The notes below the pieces were generated by a model that was not told the origin of the DNA, ran no database searches, and saw only the letters and a list, made by a program, of their open reading frames with translations. A program made the position numbers and the translations under genes. A DNA stretch of 64,000 nucleotides from Phycisphaerales bacterium (GTDB lineage Bacteria > Planctomycetota > Phycisphaerae > Phycisphaerales > UBA1924). This document shows positions 29,155-39,681 of this stretch, one piece after another. The stretch lies in NCBI GenBank assembly GCA_965227775.1, contig OZ245777.1, forward strand, positions 2,016,001 through 2,080,000, written 5' to 3'. Positions within the stretch are counted from its first letter, which is position 1. Every line of letters begins with the position of its first letter.

Positions 29155-29538
29155 TCAGCGAGTGCCAAGCACCACGCGGCCGACGACCAGATCCCGATTG
29201 ATCACGATCGGGCCGGTACCGTTGCGGCTGATCGTGAGCGTGCGCACGCCGGGGTCGAACGACTCGACGCGTCCGAGCCAGACAACGCCCGAAGCCTGGT
29301 GGTAGGCGATGATCTGCCCGGGCTTGTATCGCGAGCCCAGCTTGTAGACGAGGACGCGGCTATCGCGTGGGATCTCGGGCTCGATGGCGCCGGTCGGCAC
29401 GACGTACACCTGTGCGACGGAGCTGCGAACGCCGATGGTGAGCAGCAGCGCGATGGCGACGCCCCAGCCGGCCCGCTGGAAGCGGCGGGGCCAGCGGCTG
29501 GCGCGTGAGTGCGCCGTGTGTGCGACTTGCGATGGCAT
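29155..29538 (-). CDS. S26 signal peptidase-like protein, apparently lacking catalytic residues
   Basis: TM then VYVVPTGAIEPEI..DSRVLVYK..GQII...LGRV...VVGRV. Confidence 0.7.
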   Translation of the reverse strand: MPSQVAHTAHSRASRWPRRFQRAGWGVAIALLLTIGVRSSVAQVYVVPTGAIEPEIPRDSRVLVYKLGSRYKPGQIIAYHQASGVVWLGRVESFDPGVRTLTISRNGTGPIVINRDLVVGRVVLGTR

Positions 29539-29656
29539 GGCGACATCCTTTCCGAGGACGCCCGTCCCCACGGGTGTGTATCGGAAGTACGGGTCGCTGG
29601 ACTCCGAGGTTCAGCGCCCCTGGCTGTCACGAGCTTGCTCGCCCGGCGGAAGTGCG

Positions 29657-32600
29657 TCAGAGCTCGGGGGCGAAGCCGCGCCGCATGGTGTTCTCGCAAC
29701 TCGCGCGGGGCTCGACGAACTGGAGCAGGTAGTCGACGCCGCCGGCCTTGCTGCCCACGCCCGACATGCCGAAGCCGCCGAAAGGCTGGCGGGCAACGAG
29801 GGCGCCGGTGATGCCCCGGTTGATGTAGAGGTTGCCCACGCGGAATTCGCGCTTGGCCTTCTCGATGTGCGTGGGCTTGCGGGTGAAGACGCCGCCGGTG
29901 AGCTTGTAGGGGTGGTCGTTGGCGATCTTCAGGGCCTCGTCGTAAGTCCTGGCGTGCATGATGGCGAGCACGGGGCCGAAGACTTCCTGGCGGGCGAGCG
30001 TCTTGTCGGGCGTGACGCCGCTGAAGATGTGGGGGGAGACGTAGGGCTTGCCGACGGACTGCTCGAGGCCTTCGGGGGCCTGCATTGCGAGTTCGAGGGT
30101 GAGGCCTTCGTTCTTTGCCGTGTCGATGTGCCGGCGCATGTTGCTGGCGGCTTCTTCGTCGATGACCGGGCCGACGTCTGTGCCGGGCCTGGTCGGGTCG
30201 CCGACGACCAGCGAGTTGGTGCTGGCGACGAGGCGGCGGATGAAGGTCTGCGTGTGCTCGCCCTGCGGCCCCTGCGGATCCACGATGATGCAACGGCTGC
30301 ACGCGCTGCACTTCTGGCCCTGGAAGCCGAACGAACTCAGGCGAACGCCGAGCACGGCCTCGTCCAGGTCGGCGCTGCTGTCGACGATGATGGCGTTCTT
30401 GCCGCCCATCTCGCAGACGACCTTCTTGACGTGCTGCTGCTCCTCGGGCGTGACGCCGGCGGCCTTGATGATGTCCAGGCCCACGGCCTTGCTGCCGGTG
30501 AAGCACAGCAGCGAGACGCGTGGGTCGCGGACGAGGGCGGCGCCGGTCGTTTCGCCGGGGGCGGGGCAGAAGTGGATGGCGTCGCCATGCGCGCTGCCGA
30601 ACTCAGCCTCGAGGGCTTGCTTCAGGATGTCGAAGCAGACCATGGCGATGGCGGGCGTCTGCTCGGCGGGCTTCAGGATCACCGTGTTGCCCGTGACGAG
30701 CGCGGCGGTGGTCATGCCGCAGGCGATGGCCAGGGGGAAGTTCCACGGGCTGATCACCACGGCGACGCCGCGGGGTTGGTACCAGGTCTCGTCGAGCTCG
30801 CCGATGAAGCGGCCGAGGCGGTGGCGATCGAACAGCGCGACGGCCTGGCGGGCGTAGTACTCGCAGAAGTCGATGGCCTCGGCCACGTCGGCGTCGGCGT
30901 TGCGCCAGTCCTTGCCATTCTCCTTGATGATGATGCCGGAGAGTTCGTCGCGGCGCTCGCGCATGGCCTTGGCGGCGCGCACGAGCACGGCGGCGCGCTT
31001 GCGCGGGTCGGCGTCGCGCCAGGCGGGGAAGGCACGCTCGGCCTTGGCGACCATCTCGGATGCCTGCTCGGGCGTGCGGTCGTTGGCGACGGTGGGGACG
31101 CTGGAAGCCTGCACGGCCTTGGCGAAGCGCTCGCGGACGTCCTCGCGTGAGAAATCGCGCAGCGGCTCGGTGGTGAAGGCCTTGCCGTCGCCGACGCCCG
31201 AGTCGGCTTCGCTCAGGTGGTGGCGTTCGGCAGCCATCTTGTAAAGGTCGTCGATGGCGGTCGGGTCGCCCGGACGCGGCGCGGGTCGGGCGAGCAGCAC
31301 CGCTTCATCGGCCTCGTCGAGGAAGCCGGCCTTGAGCCAGCTCTCGTTGCTCGTGTTCTCCAGCAGGCGGCGGACGAGGTAGGCCATGCCGGGGATCATC
31401 TCGCCGACGGGCACGTACTCGCGGATGCGCAGGCCCATGTCGCTCGAGGCGTGCTTGAGCTGGTCGGCCATGCCGTGGAGCATCTGGAGCTCGATGGCGG
31501 TGCGCGGCAGGCCCTTGGAATCGCTATAGGCCAGCGCGGCGGCGATGGACCGGACGTTGTGCGAGCCGAGCGCGAGCTTGACGCCGCCCGAGCCGCTGTC
31601 CAGGTGCGTGGGGCCCATGCCGCTGGCCTCGGGGGCGACGGGGCAGTGGTCGAGGAACACACGGCACATGTCCTCGAAGCACTTGTCGGTCTGCCACTTG
31701 GCATTCCAGACCGGGCAGGGCCAGCCCTCCTGCTCGGCGTGGATCGTCTCGCTGTCCCAGTAGGCACCCTTGACCAGCCGCACCGTGACGATGCGGCCGG
31801 TGCGCTGGGCCCACTCGCTGACGCGCTGCGCATCGGCGATGCCGCTCTTGAGGTACGCCTGCATGGCCAGGCCGGCGTGGAAATCGACCGCCTCGCAGCA
31901 CCTGAAGAACAGCTCGAGCGTGAGGTCCTTCAGCGCGAAGTGCTCCATGTCGAAGTTGACGAACACGCCCTTGTCGCGGGCGCGTTCCAGAATGGGCACG
32001 ATCCTCGTCATCAGGTCGTTGATGGCGCCGGCGGTGTCGATGGGGTCGCACTTGGCGCTCAGGCTGCTGATCTTGATCGAGACGTTGGTGCGCGGGATGC
32101 CGCCCAGGTGGTCGCGCTCCAGCCGATCGTTCTTCTTCCAGCCGCTTACGTCTTCGGGCAGATTTTCGACGAGGTCCAGGTACTTGGCCTTGTACGCGTC
32201 GGCCTCCTCGTCGCTCACGCAAGCCTCGCCCAGCAGGTCGACGCTGAAGGCGATGCCGTCGTTCCAGAGCTTCTTGAGCCCCGGCAGCGCGCTCAGCGCA
32301 TCGGTGCCAGCGATGAACTTCTTGCCCATGCCCTCGATCTGGCCGGAGATCGTCTTGGTCATCAGGCCCTTGGCGAGGCTGCCGGCCTTGAGGCCCAGGT
32401 CCATGCCGGGGGGCATGGTGACGTGGTCCTGGTCGAGGTAGTCGACCAGGTGCTCGTGCACCATGTCGCTGGTCGTCAGCACGGGGAAGGTATCGACGAA
32501 GCGGAACATCTCGACCTTGAAGCCATGATCGCGCATGGACCAGTCCATGAGCTTGTCGCTGTAGAAGCTCTTACTGAGCAGCCCGGCCTTGTGCTTGCGC

Positions 32601-32755
32601 GCACGGCCGAGCATGTCCGAGCCGATGCCGGTGATGGCCGGGTCGATCGGATCGCCGGCGGCCCCATTGTCGGGCGTCGGGTAGCCGTTCGCGGCGGGCG
32701 GTCGGGCGGCGTGGGGCGTGATAGGTCGTGCTTGCTTGCGGCTGAAGATGGCCAT
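29657..32755 (-). CDS. putA: Bifunctional proline dehydrogenase / P5C dehydrogenase
   Basis: DLLGE, RLVKGAYWD, YLVRRLLEN, EMGGKN, GQKCSA, QPFGG. Confidence 0.95.
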   Translation of the reverse strand: MAIFSRKQARPITPHAARPPAANGYPTPDNGAAGDPIDPAITGIGSDMLGRARKHKAGLLSKSFYSDKLMDWSMRDHGFKVEMFRFVDTFPVLTTSDMVHEHLVDYLDQDHVTMPPGMDLGLKAGSLAKGLMTKTISGQIEGMGKKFIAGTDALSALPGLKKLWNDGIAFSVDLLGEACVSDEEADAYKAKYLDLVENLPEDVSGWKKNDRLERDHLGGIPRTNVSIKISSLSAKCDPIDTAGAINDLMTRIVPILERARDKGVFVNFDMEHFALKDLTLELFFRCCEAVDFHAGLAMQAYLKSGIADAQRVSEWAQRTGRIVTVRLVKGAYWDSETIHAEQEGWPCPVWNAKWQTDKCFEDMCRVFLDHCPVAPEASGMGPTHLDSGSGGVKLALGSHNVRSIAAALAYSDSKGLPRTAIELQMLHGMADQLKHASSDMGLRIREYVPVGEMIPGMAYLVRRLLENTSNESWLKAGFLDEADEAVLLARPAPRPGDPTAIDDLYKMAAERHHLSEADSGVGDGKAFTTEPLRDFSREDVRERFAKAVQASSVPTVANDRTPEQASEMVAKAERAFPAWRDADPRKRAAVLVRAAKAMRERRDELSGIIIKENGKDWRNADADVAEAIDFCEYYARQAVALFDRHRLGRFIGELDETWYQPRGVAVVISPWNFPLAIACGMTTAALVTGNTVILKPAEQTPAIAMVCFDILKQALEAEFGSAHGDAIHFCPAPGETTGAALVRDPRVSLLCFTGSKAVGLDIIKAAGVTPEEQQHVKKVVCEMGGKNAIIVDSSADLDEAVLGVRLSSFGFQGQKCSACSRCIIVDPQGPQGEHTQTFIRRLVASTNSLVVGDPTRPGTDVGPVIDEEAASNMRRHIDTAKNEGLTLELAMQAPEGLEQSVGKPYVSPHIFSGVTPDKTLARQEVFGPVLAIMHARTYDEALKIANDHPYKLTGGVFTRKPTHIEKAKREFRVGNLYINRGITGALVARQPFGGFGMSGVGSKAGGVDYLLQFVEPRASCENTMRRGFAPEL

Positions 32756-32905
32756 GGAGGGTCGGTTCCTCGCGGAGAACGGCGTGCGGGATGGCCACGG
32801 CGCGAGCATCGCGGAGGCCTCTCAGATTGTACGGGCTCGCCCATCGGGTCACGTGGCTCGGCGACGCATGCGGTGGGAGCGCCCGCCAAGCCATAGCATC
32901 GACCC

Positions 32906-33913
32906 GTGCCATCTTCTCGCGAACAAGACCAGCCTGCCGGTGGCAGCCCAGCCGTGCTGACCATTGGGGTTTTCGATGGCGTGCACTCGGGTCACCGGGC
33001 ACTCATAGAGCGGGCGCGGGGGCTGGCTGAAGGCTACTTGGGGGGCGCGAGCGTGCTGGCCATGGCGTTCGATCCCCCGCCGAAGGCGATGCTCGCGCCT
33101 GGGAGCGAGCCGCCGCGGTTGACCACGTTCGAGCAGCGAGCCGATCTGCTACTGGAAGCTGGGGCCGACGAAGTGATGCGGCTGGAGCCCACCGTGGAGT
33201 TGTTGGGCTTGACGCCCGAGCGCTTCGTGGACGAGGTGCTGCTGCCGCTACGTCCCTTGGCTGTGGTTGAGGGGCCGGATTTCCGCTTTGGCGCGAAGCG
33301 GGCGGGTGATGTGGCGACGCTGGGTGAACTCGGTCAGTCGCGGGGGTTCGCCGTCCACGTCGTAGAGCCCGTTGAAGTCTCACTGAACGACCAGGCAGTT
33401 GTCGCGGCCAGCAGCAGCCGCGTGCGGTGGTTTCTGGAGCAGGGCCGTGTCGCCGATGCGGGGCGGGTGCTAGGGCGTGCGTACGAGCTGGCGGGAGAAG
33501 TAGTGCGCGGCGACCAGCGCGGGCGGACGATCGGCTTCCCGACGGCGAACGTATGCAGCGAGCAAATGGCGCCCGGCGAGGGCGTGTACGCGTGCGTAGC
33601 GACGCTGGATGATGGGCGTTCCATTCCTTGCGCCGTCAACGTCGGCGAGCGCCCGACCTTCGAAGGCACGGAGCTCCGCGTCGAAGCCCACCTGATCGGC
33701 TACAAACGAAGCAACGATGAGCCCGAGTATGGCTGGCCTCTGCGGATCGCGTTCGTGTCGCGACTGCGCGATCAGGTCCGCTTCGACGGGGTCGATACAC
33801 TGACGGCGCAGTTGTCACGCGACGTGCTGCGCGCCAATGCACTCTTGTCAACGACCGTGCCTTCGTGGGCCTCGGCCACGGCCGATCCAGTTAGTCAGGA
33901 AGAGAGCTTATGA
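32906..33913 (+). CDS. ribF: Riboflavin kinase / FAD synthetase
   Basis: IGVFDGVHSGH, DFRFG, GRTIGFPTAN, EAH. Confidence 0.95.
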   Translation: MPSSREQDQPAGGSPAVLTIGVFDGVHSGHRALIERARGLAEGYLGGASVLAMAFDPPPKAMLAPGSEPPRLTTFEQRADLLLEAGADEVMRLEPTVELLGLTPERFVDEVLLPLRPLAVVEGPDFRFGAKRAGDVATLGELGQSRGFAVHVVEPVEVSLNDQAVVAASSSRVRWFLEQGRVADAGRVLGRAYELAGEVVRGDQRGRTIGFPTANVCSEQMAPGEGVYACVATLDDGRSIPCAVNVGERPTFEGTELRVEAHLIGYKRSNDEPEYGWPLRIAFVSRLRDQVRFDGVDTLTAQLSRDVLRANALLSTTVPSWASATADPVSQEESL

Positions 33914-34956
33914 GCAGTGCTACGGAGAGCCCCGCCTACGAGTCGACGGTGACGCCCAGCGATCTGGCCGAGTGGGTCCGCGGGGCGGGCCGGCTGCTCG
34001 TGATCTGCCACACGCGGCCCGACGGCGATGCGGTCGGCAGCACGCTGGCGATCGCGCGGGCGGCGAAGACAGCCGGCGTCGACGTGCAACTTGCCTATGC
34101 CGGTGAACTTCCGCCGTGGATGGACGAGATTCTGCAGGACGCGAGCTGGGTGCACCTCGATGCGGGGGACCCGCCGGCGCCATTCGACAAGTGCCTGGTG
34201 TGCGATACCGGTGCGTGGAGCCAGCTCGAGCCGTACAAGCCGTGGATCGCGGGCAAGGCGGACCATGTGGCGGTACTCGACCACCATCGCAGCGGCTCGC
34301 CGGACGTGGCCGAGGCGCGGCTGATCGATAGCGATGCCGCGGCGGCGTGCGAGATGGGCGCCGAGATCTGCACGCTGCTGCTGGGCATCGAGAACGCCTC
34401 CAAACTGCCGCTGGATATCGCCGAGCCGCTGATGCTCGGGCTTGGCACGGATACGGGCTGGTTCCGCCATCCGAGCGTGACGCCGCACGTGCTCCGGCTT
34501 GCGGCGGACCTGGTGCAGGCGGGGGCCGAGCACCCCAAGCTCGTGAAGATGACGATGCTCAGCGACCCAATCCAGCGCCTGAAGCTGATGTCCAAGGCGC
34601 TCGGCTCGTTGAGCCTGCACGAAGACCTGGGTGTTGCTGTTGTGAAGGTCTCCGCAGAAGACATCACGAGCATCGGCGCGAGCGTGGGCATGACCAGTGG
34701 TTTTGCCGACCCGGCGCTGGCCGTCAAGAGCGTGCACGTGGCGATCGTGCTGGTGGAACTGCCGCCCGAGGGCGACGGCACGAAGAAGGTCAAGATCAGC
34801 ATGCGCAGCAAGGTGGACGGGCCCGATGTTGCCCAATTGGCCGGCGCGTTCGGCGGCGGCGGGCACATCCGAGCTGCGGGCGCTCGGAGCGAGCTGTCGC
34901 TCGACGAGACTGAGGCGAAGCTGCTCGAGTTGATCGCTCAGAGTCAGCAGGCATGA
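33910..34956 (+). CDS. DHH/DHHA1 phosphoesterase (NrnA-like)
   Basis: HTRPDGDAVGS, DHH, DTGWF, GGGGHIRAAG. Confidence 0.92.
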   Translation: MSSATESPAYESTVTPSDLAEWVRGAGRLLVICHTRPDGDAVGSTLAIARAAKTAGVDVQLAYAGELPPWMDEILQDASWVHLDAGDPPAPFDKCLVCDTGAWSQLEPYKPWIAGKADHVAVLDHHRSGSPDVAEARLIDSDAAAACEMGAEICTLLLGIENASKLPLDIAEPLMLGLGTDTGWFRHPSVTPHVLRLAADLVQAGAEHPKLVKMTMLSDPIQRLKLMSKALGSLSLHEDLGVAVVKVSAEDITSIGASVGMTSGFADPALAVKSVHVAIVLVELPPEGDGTKKVKISMRSKVDGPDVAQLAGAFGGGGHIRAAGARSELSLDETEAKLLELIAQSQQA

Positions 34957-35750
34957 GCGAGCGCGGCCCGCAGAAAGCCAAGCCCGGGCCGCCCCGCTGG
35001 CAAGACGTCGCGGGCGACCCAAAAGTCCGTCCGGGCAAGCGCCCGCCGATGCGGCCCATGACGACCACGCTCTGGGCCTATCCAAGTCAGCACTACGACG
35101 GCGCCAAGACCGTCCAGGGCGACAAGACGTACACGGGCGGCACGCCGAGCTGGGTGATCTGGCAGCTGCTGGATCGATACACGCGTGAGGGCGACGTCGT
35201 GCTCGATCCGATGTGCGGCGGCGGGACGATGCTGGACGTCTGTGCCGACATGGGGCGCAATGGCATTGGCTACGACCTCGTGCCGAGCCGGCCCGACATC
35301 AAGCAGGCCGACGCGCGCGAGCTGCCGTTGAAGAACGGGTCGGCCGACTTCGTGTTCCTTGACCCGCCCTACTCGACGCACATCGACTACAGCAATCACC
35401 CGGACTGCATCGGCAAGCTCGACTCGAGCGAGGCGGCGTACTACGAGGCGATGGCGGGGGTGTTTGACGACGTGTACCGCGTCTTGCGAGACCGTCGCTA
35501 CATGGCGGTCTACATCAGCGATAGCTGGCGCAAGCAGAAGGGCGTGGCCGGAGGGAACTTCATGCCCATCGGCTTCGAACTGTTCGCGATGCTGCGGGAG
35601 AATTTCCGCCCTATCGATATCGTGTGCGTCGTGCGGCGAAACTCCAAGCTACGGCAGGGCAACCGCCACATGGCCGCGGCAAAAGACAACTTCTTCATCC
35701 GTGGGTTCAACTACCTCTTAATCTTCAAGAAGGAAGCCGAGCGGCGCTGA
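34953..35750 (+). CDS. N4/N6 amino-methyltransferase (DNA methylase-like)
   Basis: LDPMCGGGT (motif I) followed by DPPY (motif IV). Confidence 0.85.
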   Translation: MSERGPQKAKPGPPRWQDVAGDPKVRPGKRPPMRPMTTTLWAYPSQHYDGAKTVQGDKTYTGGTPSWVIWQLLDRYTREGDVVLDPMCGGGTMLDVCADMGRNGIGYDLVPSRPDIKQADARELPLKNGSADFVFLDPPYSTHIDYSNHPDCIGKLDSSEAAYYEAMAGVFDDVYRVLRDRRYMAVYISDSWRKQKGVAGGNFMPIGFELFAMLRENFRPIDIVCVVRRNSKLRQGNRHMAAAKDNFFIRGFNYLLIFKKEAERR

Positions 35751-35798
35751 CGGGCGAGGCGGACGCCCGACTTGTGCCACTCCCGGCTAGCATCGCTC

Positions 35799-37298
35799 AT
35801 GAAGCGAGCCGCCCTCGTACTGCTGTCGTGCCTGCTCCCCATGTCGGCCTGCGCCCAGACGGGTGAGAGGGCCGAACCCCAGCCGACCGTGCCGCCCGGA
35901 GTGTCGCCGCTTGACCGGTATACCGCCGAGCGAGACGACTCGTTTGCGTGGAAGGTCGTCAGGTCCTACGCGGGCCGCCAAGGCCGGGAGAACCTCACGG
36001 GGTTTGCGATCGACCTGACCAGCCAGACCTGGCGCGGCGAGGGCGAGGTCGACTTCCCGCAATGGACACACATGATGCAGGTGGTCGTGCCGGACGAGGT
36101 GAAGCACGACACCGCGCTCATGCTGGTGGGTGGTGGGCAGCGGCAGGACGGACCTCCGAACCGTTTGCAGGAAGAACTCTGGGTCATCGCGAACGCGACG
36201 GGGACGATCGTCGCCGCCGTACCGAACGTGCCCAATCAGCCGCTGTCGCTACCCGAGCCCAATGGAACGCTCGGTGCTGCTCGCTTCGAGGACGATCTCC
36301 TTGCCGAGAGTTGGATGGTCGCTAAGCGCACCGGCGACGAGGGGTGGATCATCCATCAGGCGATGGTCGAGTCGGTTGTCGCGGCGATGGACGCGGTGCA
36401 GGCCTTTGCCAAGACCGAAGAAGCTGGCGGGCACGAGGTCGGCGGCTTTGTCGTCTCGGGTGGAAGCAAGCGCGGCTGGACAACATGGCTGACGGCGGCG
36501 GTCGACGATCGCGTGCGCGGCATCATCCCTATGGTCATCGATACGCTGAATCTGCCGGCAACCATGCGCCATCACTATGGCGCGTACGGCTTCTTTGCGC
36601 CGGCCATCGGCGACTACGCCGGGCGGAACCTGATGCAGCAACTCGACACGCCCTTTGGCGAAGAGCTGCGACGCATCGTCGATCCGTACCTGTTCCGCGA
36701 CCGGCTGGACATGCCCAAGTTCGTGCTGAACACCAGCGGCGACGAGTACTTCCTGCCCGACACGCCGCGGTACTGGATCGACGACCTGCCGGGCACGACG
36801 AAGCTTCGCATCGTGCAGAACTGGGATCACGCGATCGACCAGAGTGCCGACGCGATCTTCTCTGCCATCGGTTTCTACGAGGCTATCTTGAATGAAGTGG
36901 AGCTGCCCGCTCTGCGCATCGAGGTAATCGAGGAGACCGACGAAGCGATCGAGTGGGTATTGCGCGTAGAGATCCCCGACGAGCGGGTCACACTCCGCCG
37001 GCTCACGATGTGGCAGGCGACCAACCCAAATGCGCGCGACTTCCGCCAAGAAGTCGTCGGCAAGCCGTTCAAGATGCGCGTGCTCCAGCCGCAGGAAGAG
37101 GGCGAGCACGAGGGGGCGTACCACCTGCGAATCGAGAAGCCCGAAGCCGGCTACACGGCTTTCATCGTCGAGGATCGCTACGACGTCGCAGGCCAGGGCC
37201 TACCGCTGGTGTTCACGACGCAGATGCAAGTGATCCCCGATGTGCTGGAGCACACCTTCGAGTTGCCCAGTGGCGAGACCGAGGTGGAGTCGCCGTGA
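35799..37298 (+). CDS. PqaA-family secreted alpha/beta hydrolase
   Basis: LTSQTW, VPNQPL, GGSKRGWTTW, GDEYFLPD. Confidence 0.88.
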   Translation: MKRAALVLLSCLLPMSACAQTGERAEPQPTVPPGVSPLDRYTAERDDSFAWKVVRSYAGRQGRENLTGFAIDLTSQTWRGEGEVDFPQWTHMMQVVVPDEVKHDTALMLVGGGQRQDGPPNRLQEELWVIANATGTIVAAVPNVPNQPLSLPEPNGTLGAARFEDDLLAESWMVAKRTGDEGWIIHQAMVESVVAAMDAVQAFAKTEEAGGHEVGGFVVSGGSKRGWTTWLTAAVDDRVRGIIPMVIDTLNLPATMRHHYGAYGFFAPAIGDYAGRNLMQQLDTPFGEELRRIVDPYLFRDRLDMPKFVLNTSGDEYFLPDTPRYWIDDLPGTTKLRIVQNWDHAIDQSADAIFSAIGFYEAILNEVELPALRIEVIEETDEAIEWVLRVEIPDERVTLRRLTMWQATNPNARDFRQEVVGKPFKMRVLQPQEEGEHEGAYHLRIEKPEAGYTAFIVEDRYDVAGQGLPLVFTTQMQVIPDVLEHTFELPSGETEVESP

Positions 37299-37981
37299 GC
37301 GATCGGCAGGGCCGGGTGCCTCGCTCCCTGTCACAGGAGCTCACGGCACGGCTGGAGCGCGAGCTCGATGAAGGCGAGCGACTGATCTGGGTGAGCCAGC
37401 CCGATGCGCGGCGGCTGGTCCGCCAGCAGTGGCCGCTGGCGATCGCCTTCTCGAGCGTGTTCTTGGGTTTCGCGGTCTTCACCGGCTGGGCAACGATCGA
37501 TTCCCTGCTGACGATTCGCGAAGCAACTGACGCCGCTGAGCGATCAACACGCGAGGTGCGTGAGGCAAAGGGCGTGCTCTGGACCTCGCTTATTGCCACA
37601 ATGGTCTTCTCACTGCCAATGGCGTGGTCCGTGTTGTTCGAGCCATCACGCATCGGGCGTGTCGCGCGTAACACGGTGTATGCGATCACGCCTGCGAGAG
37701 CGATCGTCCTCCATATCGGCAGGCGGAAGATCACCGAGCGCGACTATCGGGCGGACGAGCTCGTCCACCTCTTGCGTCGTGAACGGCGGGACGGCTCGGG
37801 CGACCTGCTGTTTGAGGCGGCCCGAGGAGGTGTTCCTCGATCGAAGTCGGCGGGTGGTGCGCACGGGTTCTTTGCGATCTCGGATGTGCTCGACGTCGAG
37901 AAGCTGCTCCGACGCCAGTTCGGTCAGAGTGGTATGAGCCCGTCGTCGACGGGCGAGTCCCCGCAAGAAAAGGAAAAGTGA
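37295..37981 (+). CDS. Membrane protein, hypothetical
   Basis: GTG start overlapping the upstream stop; [12 protein letters not shown], two TMs, YAIT..R, DGSGDL. Confidence 0.75.
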   Translation: MSDRQGRVPRSLSQELTARLERELDEGERLIWVSQPDARRLVRQQWPLAIAFSSVFLGFAVFTGWATIDSLLTIREATDAAERSTREVREAKGVLWTSLIATMVFSLPMAWSVLFEPSRIGRVARNTVYAITPARAIVLHIGRRKITERDYRADELVHLLRRERRDGSGDLLFEAARGGVPRSKSAGGAHGFFAISDVLDVEKLLRRQFGQSGMSPSSTGESPQEKEK

Positions 37982-38367
37982 TGCAACTCGGTGCGTTCTC
38001 GGTCAGCCTTGCCGTCAAGGACCTCGCGGCGTCCAAGGCGTTCTATGCGAAGCTTGGATTCACACCCATCGGCGGCGACGAGGCCCACAACTACTTGATC
38101 CTGCGCAACGGTGAGGCGACCATCGGCCTCTTCCAGGGCATGTTCGACACGAACATCCTGACCTTCAACCCCGGTTGGGCGAGCAGTGGCGAGCATCCGG
38201 AGTCGTTTACCGATGTGCGTGCGTTGCAGGAGCAGCTTAAGGCCGACGGCATCGAACTTATTGAGCAGGCTGACGAGTCAGGCGATGGTGTGGCGCATCT
38301 GACGATGGTCGACCCCGATGGCAATCCGATCCTCATCGACCAGCACGTGCCGAAGCCCAAGGGCTGA
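37978..38367 (+). CDS. VOC/glyoxalase family protein
   Basis: [26 protein letters not shown]. Confidence 0.9.
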   Translation: MMQLGAFSVSLAVKDLAASKAFYAKLGFTPIGGDEAHNYLILRNGEATIGLFQGMFDTNILTFNPGWASSGEHPESFTDVRALQEQLKADGIELIEQADESGDGVAHLTMVDPDGNPILIDQHVPKPKG

Positions 38368-38370
38368 GGG

Positions 38371-39663
38371 TCACTCACACCCGGCGTCGAACGCGTTCTG
38401 GAAGGCCAGGAAATCGAAGATGGTGAGCTCGCCGTCGCCGTCGAAGTCGGCTGCGGGGTCGCCGTCCTGGAACAGGTTCTGGAAGGCGAGGAAGTCGAAG
38501 ATGGTGAGCTGACCGTCGCCATCGATGTCTGGAGCGCACGCGATGGGGATGAGCAGGAACGCATGCCCGAGCGAGCCGTCGCGCACGCCGGTGCCGACGA
38601 TCCATCCGTTCTCGTTGATGTGATCGGCCCGTTGCAGTCGTTCCCAGCCGAGCAAGGCCGCGTCTGGCACGAGGTCGAAGAGCGAGTAGAACTCGCCGCC
38701 GGCGCCATCGGGCAAGACGAACGCCTGGATGCCGACGAACGGGGGCGTTGCCAGATCGGACCACCAGCCGACGATGGTGCCGTCTTCGGTGATCGAGCGT
38801 GCGACGCCCTGGGGCCGAACGAACAGGCCATCGAGCACATGGATCGGCTCGTAGCCCGAGCCGGTGTCTTGCCAGAGCGTCGCGTACTCGGGCTGGCTGA
38901 TGTTGAATTGCGCCTCGCCGACGATCAGCCCGGCGCTGTTGGCGTCGTGCGCCCGGCTCGTCACGCCGGTGAGCGACGGATGGTCGTGCAGATTGGTTAG
39001 CACGCCGGCATCCCAAGCGAATGCCTTGTCCTGCCCCGTACTGCGGTAGCCAACAACCAGGTCGTTGTCCGTCATCGCGAGCGGGCGGTCGAGTTCGCCG
39101 AGGTCTGTAAGCGCGACTCCATCCTCGAGCAGCCAGCCGCGAAAGTCGAGCCCGCCAGAACCGCTGGGCTCACGGCCCCATCCAAACAGAGTGCCCGTGT
39201 TGTTCGAACCGCGCACGCTTGCGAGTTGGTACGGTGGCGGGGCGGCGAGCAAGTCGGAGATGGCCTGTGGGTTGCCGTCGTCGTTCCATCGCACGGCAAT
39301 CGGGTCTTGGATGATTCGTATGGGCCCGGGACCGCCCTCGAAGGTGATGCGATCGGACGTTCCGAGCGGACGGCGCTGGGCATCCATGGCCCAGGCCTCG
39401 CTGGCGTTGTCGTCGCCGCGAAGCAGCGGCAGTACCTCGACGATCGAGCCCTCGCTGGTCCAACGCAGTGCGACGGGCTTGCCCTCGACCGGTTCGAAGC
39501 CGATGCCCACGACCACGCCCTCTTCGCTCACGAAGGTGGCATCCACGACGAACAGGCCGAGCGGGTCTCGGGTGACGTCGGTGAGATCGATGATGCGATA
39601 GCTGGGTTGGGCTGTCGCGGCGGTCGCCGTGAGAAGTGCTGCAATCAAGGCTGGGTTGGTCAT
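38371..39663 (-). CDS. Secreted HAF-repeat-like protein with GC-type dockerin
   Basis: YRIIDL start, repeated I/AN..G.IVG units, HAFLL, dockerin tail. Confidence 0.85.
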   Translation of the reverse strand: MTNPALIAALLTATAATAQPSYRIIDLTDVTRDPLGLFVVDATFVSEEGVVVGIGFEPVEGKPVALRWTSEGSIVEVLPLLRGDDNASEAWAMDAQRRPLGTSDRITFEGGPGPIRIIQDPIAVRWNDDGNPQAISDLLAAPPPYQLASVRGSNNTGTLFGWGREPSGSGGLDFRGWLLEDGVALTDLGELDRPLAMTDNDLVVGYRSTGQDKAFAWDAGVLTNLHDHPSLTGVTSRAHDANSAGLIVGEAQFNISQPEYATLWQDTGSGYEPIHVLDGLFVRPQGVARSITEDGTIVGWWSDLATPPFVGIQAFVLPDGAGGEFYSLFDLVPDAALLGWERLQRADHINENGWIVGTGVRDGSLGHAFLLIPIACAPDIDGDGQLTIFDFLAFQNLFQDGDPAADFDGDGELTIFDFLAFQNAFDAGCE

Positions 39664-39681
39664 GGCGGTTCTCCTACCGAT

